Of a stretch of DNA of 64,000 bases, positions 1-12,249 are shown piece by piece (within the stretch, counting starts at the first letter, position 1; the number at the start of each line of letters is the position of its first letter). The notes under the pieces are model-generated. The model did no database searches and was not told where the DNA came from. It saw nothing but the letters and a program-made list of their open reading frames with translations. The position numbers and the translations under genes are program-made. Origin of the DNA: Macrostomum lignano (lineage: Eukaryota); the NCBI GenBank assembly GCA_002269645.1, contig NIVC01002811.1:62001-126000 (forward strand), in the 5' to 3' direction.

Positions 1-310
1 TACTTAGCTGATCCTTTTGCAACTTACCTGATTCTTTTTGCGACTTACCTGATCCTTTTTGCGACTTACCTAATCCTTTTTGCGACTTACCTAATCCTTT
101 TTGGGACTTACCTAATCCTTTTTGCGACTTACCTAACCCTTTTTCGACTTACCTGATCCTTTTTGCGACTTAGTTTGCTTCTTTTGCGACTTACCTGATT
201 CCTGTTGCGACTTACCTGATCCTTTTTGCGACTTAGTTTGCTTCTTTTGCGACTTACCTGATCCTTTTTGCAACTTACCTGATTATTTTTACAACTTAGT
301 TTGCTTCTTT
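1..310. repeat. Minisatellite, ~21-bp unit (GCGACTTACCTGATCCTTTTT), truncated by the window start
   Basis: ACTTACC recurs at 22, 43, 64, 85 and onward; the copies degenerate towards ~310. Confidence 0.9.
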
Positions 311-589
311 TGCGAATTGTTTTTCTTTTGCTTCACCATTTTCCCTGAACTGCTCTTTCTTTCGCTTTCCTCTTGCCTGTCTTGGTTCTTGTGTTTTTTG
401 GTTTTTGGTTGACTCAATTTTGCGACTTACCCCTGGTCAGCCACGATTTACGGTGGCCGGATCGGCCAGGTCGGCCAGCAGTTGCGCATGTATGTATCAT
501 ACAGACCTTATAACTTAATAAGAGTTTATCAACAGCTATATATCAATATTTAACTATGGAAAATAGTAAAATCAAGTATAAAAAGTGGT

Positions 590-1340
590 TGATAGTCATT
601 TCATCTGCTACCAGTTTGTCTATCATTCTTTTGTCTGCAAAAATACAATGCAGTTATTTTGTCTACCAATACAATATTATTATGACATTAATATTCACGT
701 TTATACAATATTAAAAGGATCATCTAGACTGTATATCTTAAAAATACTCAAAGTTAAGATAACAAAATCATTTTTAAAGTACATATGTATTTAAAAATAT
801 TACCCAAAAGACCTAACCAAACATTCACTTGACTTGACCTATATACTAACTTTTTGTTTATTACTTTGCAATAGGATAGCAAATGCATTATTATCATTAG
901 ATGGGGGTAGAGCCAGGGATCATAACAATGCTCACAATAGCCAGCCAATCATGATCATATTCAACTGCAAACTACCTGTCTGGCTACTATTGTCACAAAA
1001 CTTTTTTAATGGATATTTAAATTAAACATAATTTCTTTGAAATGTTGCAATAAACAAAATTACACAAACAAAAGACACTTTAGTCCTTACAATAACTTTT
1101 TGCATGACTTGCAATATCTTATTGTAAAAAAATAGCTTGACAAGTTAGGCCTATGTAGCTATACTTTACTTTTTCTTTTTAATAATCATTTTGTCTGCCA
1201 GTAGATAAAAAGGCGGCAGACAAAATGACTGAATACCTAAAAAGTTGGTTACTAAATTGACCATTGGTATAATCAAAATGTCCTAAGTTGTTACCAAAGT
1301 TATTATTACTAAAATGTCTTGTCACCAAATTGACCTAGGA
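590..1340. mobile_element. Possible decayed non-autonomous DNA transposon with MULE-like subterminal motifs
   Basis: Perfect 14-bp inverted repeat TCATTTTGTCTGCC (1186-1199) / GGCAGACAAAATGA (1215-1228); related TTTTGTCT and AAAATGAC/AAAATGTC motifs at 600-665 and 1240-1335. No clear termini or TSD. Confidence 0.3.
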
Positions 1341-2956
1341 CCTTCTAACTACCCTAAGGCACTGCTATATTGGAAGATTATTGTGTACATAGATGATGTC
1401 TCATAGGCAACTTAAGGCCACTAGTTGTCTAGCCATTTAAAAGAATTAGAGAATAGTAATCTAAAATAAAAAAGTAGACCTCCAGGGTCCAGATCATGTA
1501 GTAATATACACTAGAACAAGAATCCTATCTCAGCTATATATACACCAAAAGCAAAAAATTTCCCTAAAATGTATACCAAAAATTCTGCCTAAAAAGGTCA
1601 TTCAGTTCACGAGTAGAGTTTCTTGAGAAAGGCTTTTGTATGAAAAGTCTTTTTAAAATATTACAAATATTTTCATTTTGAACAAACCTAAATCATTTAA
1701 TCAAACCTATGGAAATAATAATGCAAAATTTATGGTCTTAGCAATCATTTATACTAATTTTATTTATTGTTAATTTTAAAGAAACAAAAGGTTTATCACT
1801 GACTTTCTAGACTATACAAATTTTCTATTATTTCACATAAAAATGTTAAGTTAGTAGGCCTACATTACAATTTTTATGCATGATATCAACAATATTGGTA
1901 CACCAAAAAATGGCATGAATTTGTATGCCAAAATTTTATGCCAACTTTGAAAGGGGTCATTTGCACACTGGAATTTTCTGGCATACATATAACCTAGAGT
2001 CTAGATAGGCCTAAGGTGTAATGTATCTTTATATATCTATTTTAAAAGTAATCACATTTTTTACTTACATCACATTGTGCATTATTTGTATTTGTATTCT
2101 ATTTATATTTTACTGTACTTTTTACTGTGTGTATTTATGTTTATTTAGCCTGACAGTTTATAATGAAGCTTGTTTTAATGACTAATAACTAACTAATATA
2201 AATATGAATCATCAATTTTTTGTAAGAGTTCGCCGCTCTGATTTAGCCCCTCTCAATTGGAAATTCAAGCGTTGGCTTCGGCAATTTATTTTATTACAAT
2301 TGGCGACCACGCCAGGACCCGGATTCCACGAGGGGACTCCGCTGGATCCTTCTGACCTCCTAAGCATGCAGCCAGCGAATCAACGCGAGCCGACGCCATG
2401 AATTGCCAGCCAATGACGGCAGAGATGCCATGACTCCACGAGCGCGTCCTATGGCTTTATTATAAACTAGCATTAAGTAAGAGCTGTAAGACTAAGAATA
2501 AGATATTTGTACAAAAATTTAAATTAGGCCTACACACAGACCACAGTAGTTGGATTGATTTTGAGGTTAGTCCAGTTGATAGGCCTATTTTAGATGTTTC
2601 AGCTGATACACGTCTTATATAACAAATATATGAGTGGTCTAGACTTATCTGGCTATAAACATAGTATAGGCCTACCAGTCTCCGTCGACCGTCGCCTCTC
2701 TTCTTTTTTGATCCAAGATCTATATGCACAATGCACACCGGCAGCACCACACACAGACTTTAACGGATCAGATTTAAGTTTTTAAAAAAAATAGTAGTTA
2801 GTATAACAAAACTCAAGATTTAGGTCTGGAATTTATAGTTTTTCATATTTTTTGGCTTCAACAAATTTCCTTGGCAGAAACTACACTACACTACACTGCT
2901 ATGCCTTTGAGGGAGTAATTTTCAAACTCTTCCTCGCGTATATGGTCCAGTTAAAC

Positions 2957-3474
2957 CAGGGGTCGGCAACCTCCGGACCGCGGGCCATCCGCCCCGCAAA
3001 GACTTTCTATGCGGCCCGCAAACTTCCTTTATCTTCATTATTATAATCCGGCCCGCACCTTTATTGTAACTGCATTGTTTAATCCAAAAAAGTTTTGTGC
3101 ACTAAAAATGGGGAATTTCTTTCCTCAATTGCCAACTTTAATGACAAAAAGTAATGAGACACGAACTGAGTATAAGTGGCTGTTTACAAAGTCTAGACTA
3201 GGCAACACACCAGTTAAAACTTGAATAAAATAGAAATACGGGAACTGACGGCGAAGGAAAGTGAGATGGCGACGGGCTAACAACGGGGGGGATACAAATG
3301 TAGTAATGTACTAAAGACCCAGGGGGCAGATTCTGGAGGGTAAAGACCCAATGAGGGGGGGGGGCGAAGTAATCGAGGGGGGCGGAGTAATCGAGGGGGC
3401 AACCTAGCTGTGGCCCGTGGTCTTGAACTGAAAACCTCATCTGGCCCTCAAGTGAAAAAGGTTGCCAACCCCTG
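2957..3474. mobile_element. Non-autonomous hAT element (MITE), 518 bp
   Basis: TIRs CAGGGGTCGGCAACCT (2957) and AGGTTGCCAACCCCTG (ends 3474); perfect 8-bp TSD AGTTAAAC at 2949-2956 and 3475-3482. Confidence 0.9.
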
Positions 3475-3482
3475 AGTTAAAC

Positions 3483-5270
3483 GGACATTTCGTCAAACTG
3501 GCATTTCGTCAACCGGGCATTTGTTTCAAGCCAGAATTATGTTTAATGTTAACAAGTGTCAGGATAATTTTGTTTGAAGCACATGTTTGTTTGATATTTC
3601 GATAGAGAAGTACAGATAAAGTTACAAAAGCACAAAAAGCACAGCCTATAGTGTCTTGAGCCATGGTTGGTTGGTTTTAAAAAGTAATAAGTGAATCGAT
3701 ATAAAATTCCTATTTAAGAATACAGCCCACATTAACAGCCACAACGGGGAAGTAATACGCTCGTATAAGATAAAAATGCAGTTAAAATGCCTTCACATTA
3801 CATGTCCAAAATAAAACGAGGGAAGTCACAGCCATAAAGCTTAAACCGCCTCAAATGGATCGACGTTTGGCGCCCACTATACCGCTGCGCAGGCGTTGAG
3901 GAGCTGCATAGGCTGGAACCCTACGATGGAGTAGGCCTGCGAGGCTGTGACGCTGCGAGAGAAATCCCCACGACGGCTGCCTGCTGGCCCGCTGTCGAAA
4001 GCAGAAATTAAGCAGTTCCGCGAGGCGCGGTTCAGGTTGCGGATACTTGCGCGTTTAGCAAAGCCCAAATGGCCAGCCTTCGACGGCGTTGTTAGTTCTC
4101 TCGAACTGCATGGTTGAAGGCCGAGAGCTCGACGAGCGACCAGACGCAGCTGCATGCACATCCATGGACGTACGCGGGCGACGTAGGTGTGCAGCAGGGT
4201 GGTAAATTTGTAGTTTTCGTTCGCCGCTGTTGTGGTTGGCCGCAGGTTGGTGTAAGCCTCCACTATCTCATACGCAGGCAGATACGGCACCGCCATCAAT
4301 TGCCTGCGCAGCTGACGCGTAGCAGCATTGTGTTTGTAGCAATGGCTAGGCCGAGGCTGCCAGTGCTGGCACTTCCTGCAAGTAATGGAAAAGGCAGTCC
4401 TTTGGCACTATTGACGGCAGAAATTCGTGCAGTGCCTGCCAGACGGCGGCCTCAAAGTCCAACATGACGGACTCTAAGACAACGTGGCCGCAATGGCGCA
4501 GGTGCCCGAAGACTGCTACGTACGAGCTCGTAGTCCTGCTTGGACTGGCTGGACATTACCATGAAGCACAATAGCTGTACTTGCAATTGTACGCCCTGCT
4601 GTACATGCGCGTGGATGCTGTAGAGCTGGATGAATGGTGACTTCACTACGCCGAATGTACCATCGAGAAACAAGTGAATCGCGGCTCGCAGCACTGACAG
4701 TTGGTCGGGGTTTGCGAACAGCAGATGCCGCCGCGAGATGTCTGGCACTCTGATGTCACTGATCAGAAAGTTTGGAGGCAGCGCCTCACAGTCCAATTTA
4801 AAGAATTCTGAAAGTATCGCACCAATGTTGCGGGCACAGTGAAATCATTTCCTGCAGCTGTCGCAGTCGAGTCCGTCCTCGCCGTCCTTGATGCCCTTTC
4901 GGCAAGTAGAGCATCTCGAAGCTCGCCGACGCCCGCGAGGCATTTTGCAACTGCACGATGCAACCTCACGGCGCAAAGGCACGACCGACACTGCATGAGG
5001 ACCGATCATTTCTACGAAAAGTTACTTCCAAGGAGTGTACATGTATGTTTTAAACAAGTTTCACTTCTCTTGCTGGTGCAGCTAATCAATTTGCGGAGTT
5101 GCCGTAATGTCTGATTGACGAAATGCCGATTGACGAAATGCCGGTTGATGAAATGCCGGTTGATGAAATGCCGGTTGATGAAATGCCGGTTGATGAAATG
5201 CCGGTTGGTGAAATGCCGGTTGATGAAATGCCGGTTGATGAAATGCCGGTTGATGAAATGTCCATGAACC
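3483..5270 (-). mobile_element. Degraded Mutator/MULE DNA transposon with a transposase pseudogene
   Basis: Minus-strand fragments carry MULE motifs: LFLDGTFGVVKSPFIQLYSIHA (ORF 4452-4796) and RTNNAVEGW/H across a frameshift near 4060-4100. Inverted subterminal arrays are GGCATTTCGTCAA (3483-3520) and 15-bp GTTGATGAAATGCCG repeats (5115-5262). The right end reads GAAATGTCCATGAACC (ends 5270). Confidence 0.85.
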
Positions 5271-7277
5271 GATGGTTCGAATCCTATTAACCCACTAAAA
5301 AATGGCTAAGGGGACACCTAAGCGCCTAGGGGCATTCAATATTACAAGGGTGCTGTCGAATTTGCCATCTATGAAGTATTCATATACGAGCGTATCCCTT
5401 CTCAAACCTATGGCGAATCCGCAGATGACGAATTGCAGCCAAACCACTGCATATGCAGACCAGATGAGTGGATCCACGAGTACTGGGCAATGAACAGTCC
5501 AACAACGGCTAATTGATGTAGGTACGTCCTGGAACCCCCACTAATCTTTGTGCATCCTCCCTTCCTCCCCTGTGATTCCTGTGCTGTGCTCCCCTGATGA
5601 CTCATCCCAATGTTTCGAACAACTTATGTTTATCGCTCACCCACTCCCCCGCGCACCAACCCCACCTCCTTTCTAATGTTCGAAATCAATCATGCATGTG
5701 ACAGCTTTATGACCCCTATCTCTCCAAGCATTTTCCCGCCTGTTAGATAACCCCCATCATAAATCATTTTTCTCCGCTGCGCCCCAACCCCAATTTCTTG
5801 TCCAATCAATTGTTGCTTGGTAACGGAGGTCAAGGACAGGTCACAGCCTTCAATGTCACGCATCACGCTCACGTGGTCGCGTGACGCATGATCTCAGGGC
5901 TATAAATAGGAGCCTGTTTTTTGCCCTGAGAGGCAACTTTATTTTACACCCTGCTGCTTTCGGGCGTACGTCTTCTTGCCCTGCACATCACACTGGTTTT
6001 CGGTTCCTTGCGTTGTTCTGTTTTCTCGTGAGACCGAACCCTCCTCGGGAGACTCAGCACCCGAATCGGCGGCGATCTCTCTCTATGACAAAGTCAATCG
6101 CCTCTAAATATGTTGTTTGCCCCAAGATCCTCAGGATCCCCCCCCCGCTAACTGTCCTTTCCTATCGTTTGTGACTTTCCCTAACACCCACCCCAATCCG
6201 AGACTTCTGGATCGTCCGTGACTGCAGCCGTCGCCGTGACCATCCGACGACCACCGCGCCGAACAGCCCTGCCCGTCACCACCCCCTGCCGCACCGAACC
6301 CATCTAGAAGAAAAGACATCAAAATGGCGTTACCTACTATCCATCTTTGGGATCCTGGGGCTTAGGAGGGAATTGTAGTCTAAAATCGCTCACCAGCTAA
6401 AATATCCCCCTATGCAAAAGTCCTCGTTTCCAGCACTGACTAGGCTGTCCTTGTATGCCTTGCATAGAGTCCTTTAATCGGCCATTTCTACTCGTAGTAC
6501 AGCTGGGGTCAAGAACCTTCGTCTGTTATAGACCAAAAGTCCCGTCTCGTTAGTGGGAGTTTTTACCGGGTGTACTCCTACTCCTGTACAGGTGACTGGT
6601 GGCGGCCGCACCTCTGGTATGTACCTTCAAACAACCCTGGCCCCACTGTCTAGATAATGGGATCTAGTCTAGAGGACAAAGTCTAGAGGATGAGGCCTGG
6701 TGGTTGTACCTTTCAGCGCCAGAGCCCAAGGGTTGCACAGGTGTTTTCGTGCAGCCCGGGTCACGTAATAACTAAGTCCATATCGACAATCGTCTTCACG
6801 AGAAAAGCTGATGTCGATTTCGCTAGCTAACTGCGCATGCCGAACTTGAAATATACGTAGCCGTCTTCAAACACAGTGCATTTTTGTGTCTGCGTTCGAG
6901 TTCAAACATTGACCACTGAGATTCCCTCGATAATCTATACAGTATTGGCTAGTTCCTATATTACATCTAAGTAAAATAATGCGTTTAGTTTTCCATTAAA
7001 AAGCTGCGCAAGCTTACGGTATGACTCTGTACAATACTCTAAAGTCTATGTAGCAAAATTAGATGCGAATTAGAAACAGCTGTACGTACTGTAGGAACGA
7101 AATAATTATAACGAAAGTACACAGAAGCCACAAAATAAAAGTCATCTATGCAAACATTAAAATCTGCGTGTCAAAAACTAATTATTAAAATTCGACGAAT
7201 CTTTAGGTGAAGTGTCATTTTTAGATTTGAAAGTCTTATTGATGTGCTTGAGCATTTTTTTTAGCTCGTATCTACCA

Positions 7278-7478
7278 CAGGGGTCGGCAAACTCCGCCTC
7301 GCGAAGCCCCCGGGTCCTTTGAAACTTCACAATAGCAATCCGGCCCGCTTAGGTTCATGTCTCAACTTTTAAGCTCTCTTTTCTCTCTCCTCTCCTCTCT
7401 TCTCTCTCCCCTCTCTCCCTTCCTCTCTTCTCTCCTCTTTATCTGGCCCTTGTAGTAAAAAAAGTTTTCCAACCCCAG
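7278..7478. mobile_element. Short non-autonomous hAT MITE related to the 2957-3474 element
   Basis: CAGGGGTCGGCAAACT at 7278 and AGTTTTCCAACCCCAG ending at 7478; flanks ATCTACCA / ATCTACCC give a 7/8 match for an 8-bp TSD. Confidence 0.8.
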
Positions 7479-7706
7479 ATCTACCCATTTTCTGTCGTTT
7501 TACCGCTCTGAACAGTTTGCACCATTGGAACGATTCTAATTATCGACCGTGGCCTATTGTGCTTTGAGTCTGCAGCTGTTCTTTTGTTCTTAACTATTTA
7601 AAATGATTACTTCACGCTAAAGCAATGCGCTCCTATGTACAATAGATAAATTTAGCTTTGAGTAATTCCTCTAGATACGACTATCTCTACGGATTATTAG
7701 ATTGGC

Positions 7707-9944
7707 CTAAACATCCGTCTCAAAGACGCCGCTAGCCAAGTATCTGACGTTGCCGCTGCACGGCCGACGCTTTTGACTCGCCGATTGCGTCCTGCTTGAC
7801 TCGTCGTCGCCACTGAAGCCGCTGCCGATGCCGCTTCTCCTTGTTGTCGGTGGCGCCTCCGAAAACTTTCTGGGTCTGCTGGCAACTGCCGTAGTTGCAG
7901 CTGGCTTACCGCTCGTCCCGCCGCTGATCAGAGACGGATGAGTTCGCCTAGGCCGGCGGCGCCTTTGACGCCTTACCAAGACCGGAACTGGTTGGCTCTG
8001 AGCTGCTTCATCATCGGCTGGCAGCCTCTGGAGTTGGTGGAGCTTTTGAATGCAGACTGTCGATTCTGCAGGGACAGCTGTAGAATCAACTATGGTCGCG
8101 TCTTGCTGTGGGCTGCTTCTGCAAGACATGGAAACACGTAAGCTAAAACATGAGGACGGGATAATCAATACACTTTAATAGAAATTTTTGTCGTCTAGCA
8201 AAAATACAAACTATGCGTAGATTGACACTGAATCCCTGAACACTGAATTGATACTGACACTGAATACATGTAATCGCGGACAAAGGATGGATAATCGATC
8301 CTTGAATATAGACTGAGAGTGAATGACCACTCTTGATTGAAAGTTAAAAATGAGCAGAATTGAGCGAATAGCGGACTGGGTTAAGAGTGAATCACAGACA
8401 CTGCATTGAGAGTGACTCACAGACACTGGGTCGAGAGTGAATCACAGACACTGGATCGAGAGTGAATCACAGACGCTGCATCGAGAGCGAATCACAGACA
8501 CTGGGTCGAGAGTGAATCACCAAATGGATTGAGATTATTGAGTCACAAATTTTGTACACTGTTTATTTTAAAGTGCAAATCGATGTAGCTAGATTTCTCA
8601 AGCCCAAGACTCGGAAGCCACTCACCTCGGCGCTATCTGATTGCGCACCGCAGCCGATTCGGTGCAGTCCAACTCGGATAAGTTGGCGCTGGTGCTGCTG
8701 TAGAAGCCATTCCAGGCGCCATCCAGCTCAGACACTTTAGTGGCCGTGTCGGAAATGGTTTCAACTTTGTCCGGAATCCGTTTCGAATCGCCAACCGAAT
8801 TCGGAGAGCCGGATGTCTCGCTGGGCAGCAGCTGAGTTGTGCCTTCAGTACTCACGGATGCCTTTAATGACCCTGGCTTATGCGCTTCGCTCTGCTGCTG
8901 TTGCAAGATGGTCGGTCCAACTGTACGTTGTTGCTCCATTGTAGTTGCGATTTTCAAGCAAGGAAAACAGGCAGTTTCGCGACCAATTCTTGGCTCAGCC
9001 AATCTCCGCTGCGATGACTGAAACTGCGGCTGATGCAGCTGACGGTGTCGCTGTAGAATCAGCTGCAGATCGGGTGGCATGGAGTTTAGGGAACTGCTTC
9101 GCCGTGGAGGCACTGGACCCTTGGACTCTGAGGCGTCTGCGACAGGCGGTGGCAGCGACGGTTTCGACGACTTTGGCGAAAGGTACGAGTGACTCCTCGC
9201 CAGATTGAGCAGAGTGACTGACTTGGATGCCTTTGGCTTCCGAGCCGCAGGCAGGCTTGAAGCAGCGGGCACTGGGGTAGAGGCGGTAGCAGGAGGCAGT
9301 GGTGGCAGCTGCTTAGGTGGACGATCTGTGAGGCTCTTTTTCAAACCAAACAGAGCAAATGACTTGACCATCATTGGCTTCTGAGCCATAGGCCTGTCGG
9401 CTTTGCTAGTACCCGTTGCGTCTCGCCTCGAAGCGGTAGCCGTTTGACGGCCTGACTGGGAGTTTGAACGGCACTTACTCGGGGCCATGGCCAGGTCCCG
9501 CACCCGGCTCAAGGCGCTGCTGCTGCGTGGTCGTTTGTCCGATCGCTGAACAGTTTTGAATGCCTTCAAAAGATCCCGACTGCCCTTGATGACGTCGTGC
9601 GACATGGCCTTGCTGCGCAGGCACAAGTCCTTGAGCAGTCTCGTTGCCTCGCGGTAATCCAGGCTAGATACGTCGATATTTCTAAGCGTATTTAATTCAA
9701 GGTTAAGCGCTGTGAGCAGCTCAGACTTGAGTAGGTCGAACAATCGGCCACTGTAGTTGCTGTGCAGCTCCAAAATGAGCAGAGCCGAGCAAAGCTTTCT
9801 TGATAAACCAGCTGCAGATGAGGCGGCTTCAGACGACTGTCGCTGTTGCTGCAACATCTGCTGCAACTGCTGGCTCTGGGCAATCAAAAGGTCGCCGCAC
9901 TTGTCCAATAATGTCTCTGTCTGCTCTTCCGATCGATTATTCAT
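7707..9944 (-). CDS. Uncharacterised two-exon protein, 576 aa: helical N-terminus, long Ser/Pro/Ala/Lys-rich disordered region, C-terminal class I PDZ-binding motif -ETDV
   Basis: Exon 1 is 9944-8626 (1319 nt, donor GTGAGT, phase 2). Exon 2 is 8118-7707 (acceptor TCTTGCAG). The phases join as ...IAP-R-SSPQQD... and give one uninterrupted frame. No family recognised. Confidence 0.75.
8380..8520. repeat. 25-bp intronic minisatellite (GAGAGTGAATCACAGACACTGGGTC)
   Basis: GAGAGTGA recurs at 8408, 8433 and 8458; about 6 copies. Confidence 0.85.
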
Positions 9945-10242
9945 CTGAACACTTCACGTCTAATTGATTAATAACTAATCAATGACACGGTCTGTGCTCG
10001 ACACCTGCTGTACAAAATCGATAGGTAAGCTAGATAATCTATGTGTTAATTTCGAATGTTGAGACAACTGTTGCATCTACGAGCTACCGTCTACAAGTTA
10101 CTGCGATATTATTCAATGCCATTTATTCAATACCATTCAATACCATTTTTAGCGTCCCATTGGAGTTTATGGCTTAAATCTCGAGTTATAACCTAAGGAG
10201 TATCGATTCATTTGCTTTATGGCCTAAAGGCGCTTCCTCAGT

Positions 10243-11552
10243 TACGAGAGGGGTATTTCAAAAGTTCGTAGAAAGTGATAGAAGGCAAGCAGATATCAAA
10301 AAGCGGGTTGCGACACATTGATCAGCATCTAAATCCGATCTCTCAACGTAATCGCCACCGATTTCTATGCACTTTCGCATGCGCTGCAGCCAGCTATCAA
10401 AGCAACCCCTAAAATCAGCTTTTTCAATGGAGTTGAGCCGCTCATTCACAGCACTAATCAGCTCATCACGAGTCTCAAACAACTTTCCAAATAAATGGAA
10501 ATAACCAAAAATCGCACGGCGCCAGATCCAGTGAATAAGGAGGAGCGCTCAGCAGCTTGGTGCCAGAAGCACGAATGTGCTGCGCTGTGTTGTTCGCTGT
10601 GTGCGCAGGTGCGTTGTCGTGATGCAGGAAGTAGCGGCGTAGCTCAGCTTTGCCGCTGCCAGCTGCGATGGAATTGAACACAGCGGGCAAGCAGCTGGTC
10701 ACGTACCAATCAGAGGTCACAGTGCGGCCTTGCTCAACTGGCACTGAGGCCACGATGCCTCTGGGCGAGAAGAAAATCGCGAACATGATTTTCCCAGCTG
10801 ACCTCACCCGCTTCGCCTTTTGGGGAGGTGGGGCTTCTTTGAGTGACCAAACCATCGACTGTGATTTAGTTGGCGGGTCGCACTGATGGAACCAGGCTTC
10901 ATCACCTGTGACAATGTTCTGGAAGTTTGCAGATGCTCCATCTTTGAACTGATCCAGGAAATTTCTGCAGAAATCAATTCTCTGCTGCTTCTGCTCAGGC
11001 GAAAGGATTCGTGGCACCCATTTGGCAGCTTTCTTGTTGACACCAAGATCTTCGTGCAAGATCCTCCAAATCGATGTGGCATCAATGCCCAGACTCTCCT
11101 CCATCCTCTCGATCGTCAGTCTTGCATCCTCGTTCAACGCCGACTGCACAGCAGCCACATTCAAGGAGTCTGTTGATGTTCTTGGACGACCTTCTCTTGG
11201 CTCGTCAGCCAGATCGAAATGGCCGGCTCTAAAGCGACCAAACCACTTGCGCACAGTGCTGAGGGATGGTGCTTCATCTTGCAGTACAGTCCTCATCACA
11301 GCAGCTTCATTTGCGCTAGAGCCTCGACGAAACAGGAACAGCATTATGGCTCTTGACTGCTCCTTGGAGAACGCAGGAACTACAGTGGAGGGTTCAGAGT
11401 TTGATCGCAGATTTCTGGTGGCCATTTCAATCAATTTTGCTGGAAATTTAGCTGCAGGCTGTAGATATATGAAATAGCACTTGTGAAAAGTTTCAAGGCT
11501 ATAGCTTTATGCAAAGACGGATTTTCTATGAACTTCTGAAATAGGTCACGTT
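10243..11552 (-). mobile_element. Mariner (DD34D) transposon, ~1.3 kb, transposase frameshifted near the C-terminus
   Basis: ORF 10475-11434 contains WVPRIL, TGDEAWF, HHDNAPAH and YSLDLAPCDFWLFP, with 34 residues between D2 and D3. The C-terminal tail (WLQRMRKCIEIGGDYVE) is in another frame at 10258-10482. Imperfect TIRs: TATTTCAAAAGTTCGTAGAAA (~10254) and TTTCTATGAACTTCTGAAATA (~11523). Confidence 0.95.
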
Positions 11553-11577
11553 TCTTACAGGGGTTAGGGATTACATG

Positions 11578-12075
11578 CACAGTCGTTTCGGTGACAGTCA
11601 CTTCAGTTACAAGCAAGTCATTTCGGTGACAAGACTAGACCCTGTGGTGAAATCGCGTTTTGGTAACAAGCATAGTTTCATCTTGGATACAATAATCATT
11701 TAGCGTTGACACTTAGTAGTTGCTTAAAAGGTAATGCAAAAACTAGTAAGTAGGATTTAAGTTTGTTTTGTACGTTTTACTGTACAGTTTATTAAATGCG
11801 AATATCCGTGTGAGCTATGTGCGTTTACAGTATCTTTTAATTTTTATTGCAAATTGAATTAAAAACCGGAACTGCAACTAGAATATTTCGATGATGAACT
11901 CTCACAACGATCTGCACAAAAATAACACATGTTCGTTGCAATTTTTCCTTGATATCATCCGACGGAAATCTAAAAAATTGTAGATTTTATTTCAGACATA
12001 AAATAGCAATTCTTTGTGGGTTTTCCATTCCGGAAATGACCACTCACTGAATTTTCCATTTGTCACCAAAACACC
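11578..12075. mobile_element. Possible MULE-type MITE adjacent to the mariner
   Basis: Repeated GTCATTTCGGTGACA-like motifs at 11581-11670 and inverted GGAAATGACC / TTGTCACCAAAACACC at 12030-12075; no TSD identified. Confidence 0.4.
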
Positions 12076-12249
12076 TTGCATGTCTTGCAGTACATTTAGC
12101 TACACGTACAATCAGTGGAGGCTGCGCCAACGAGTACTGAGGCGATTTCGCCTTAGATGTAGCTGACTCGATACTCTCGATGGTCTGGGCAATCCCAGGA
12201 TATACTTTAGACTATAGCTATTCTGGTCAAAGGAATACATAAACAAAAG

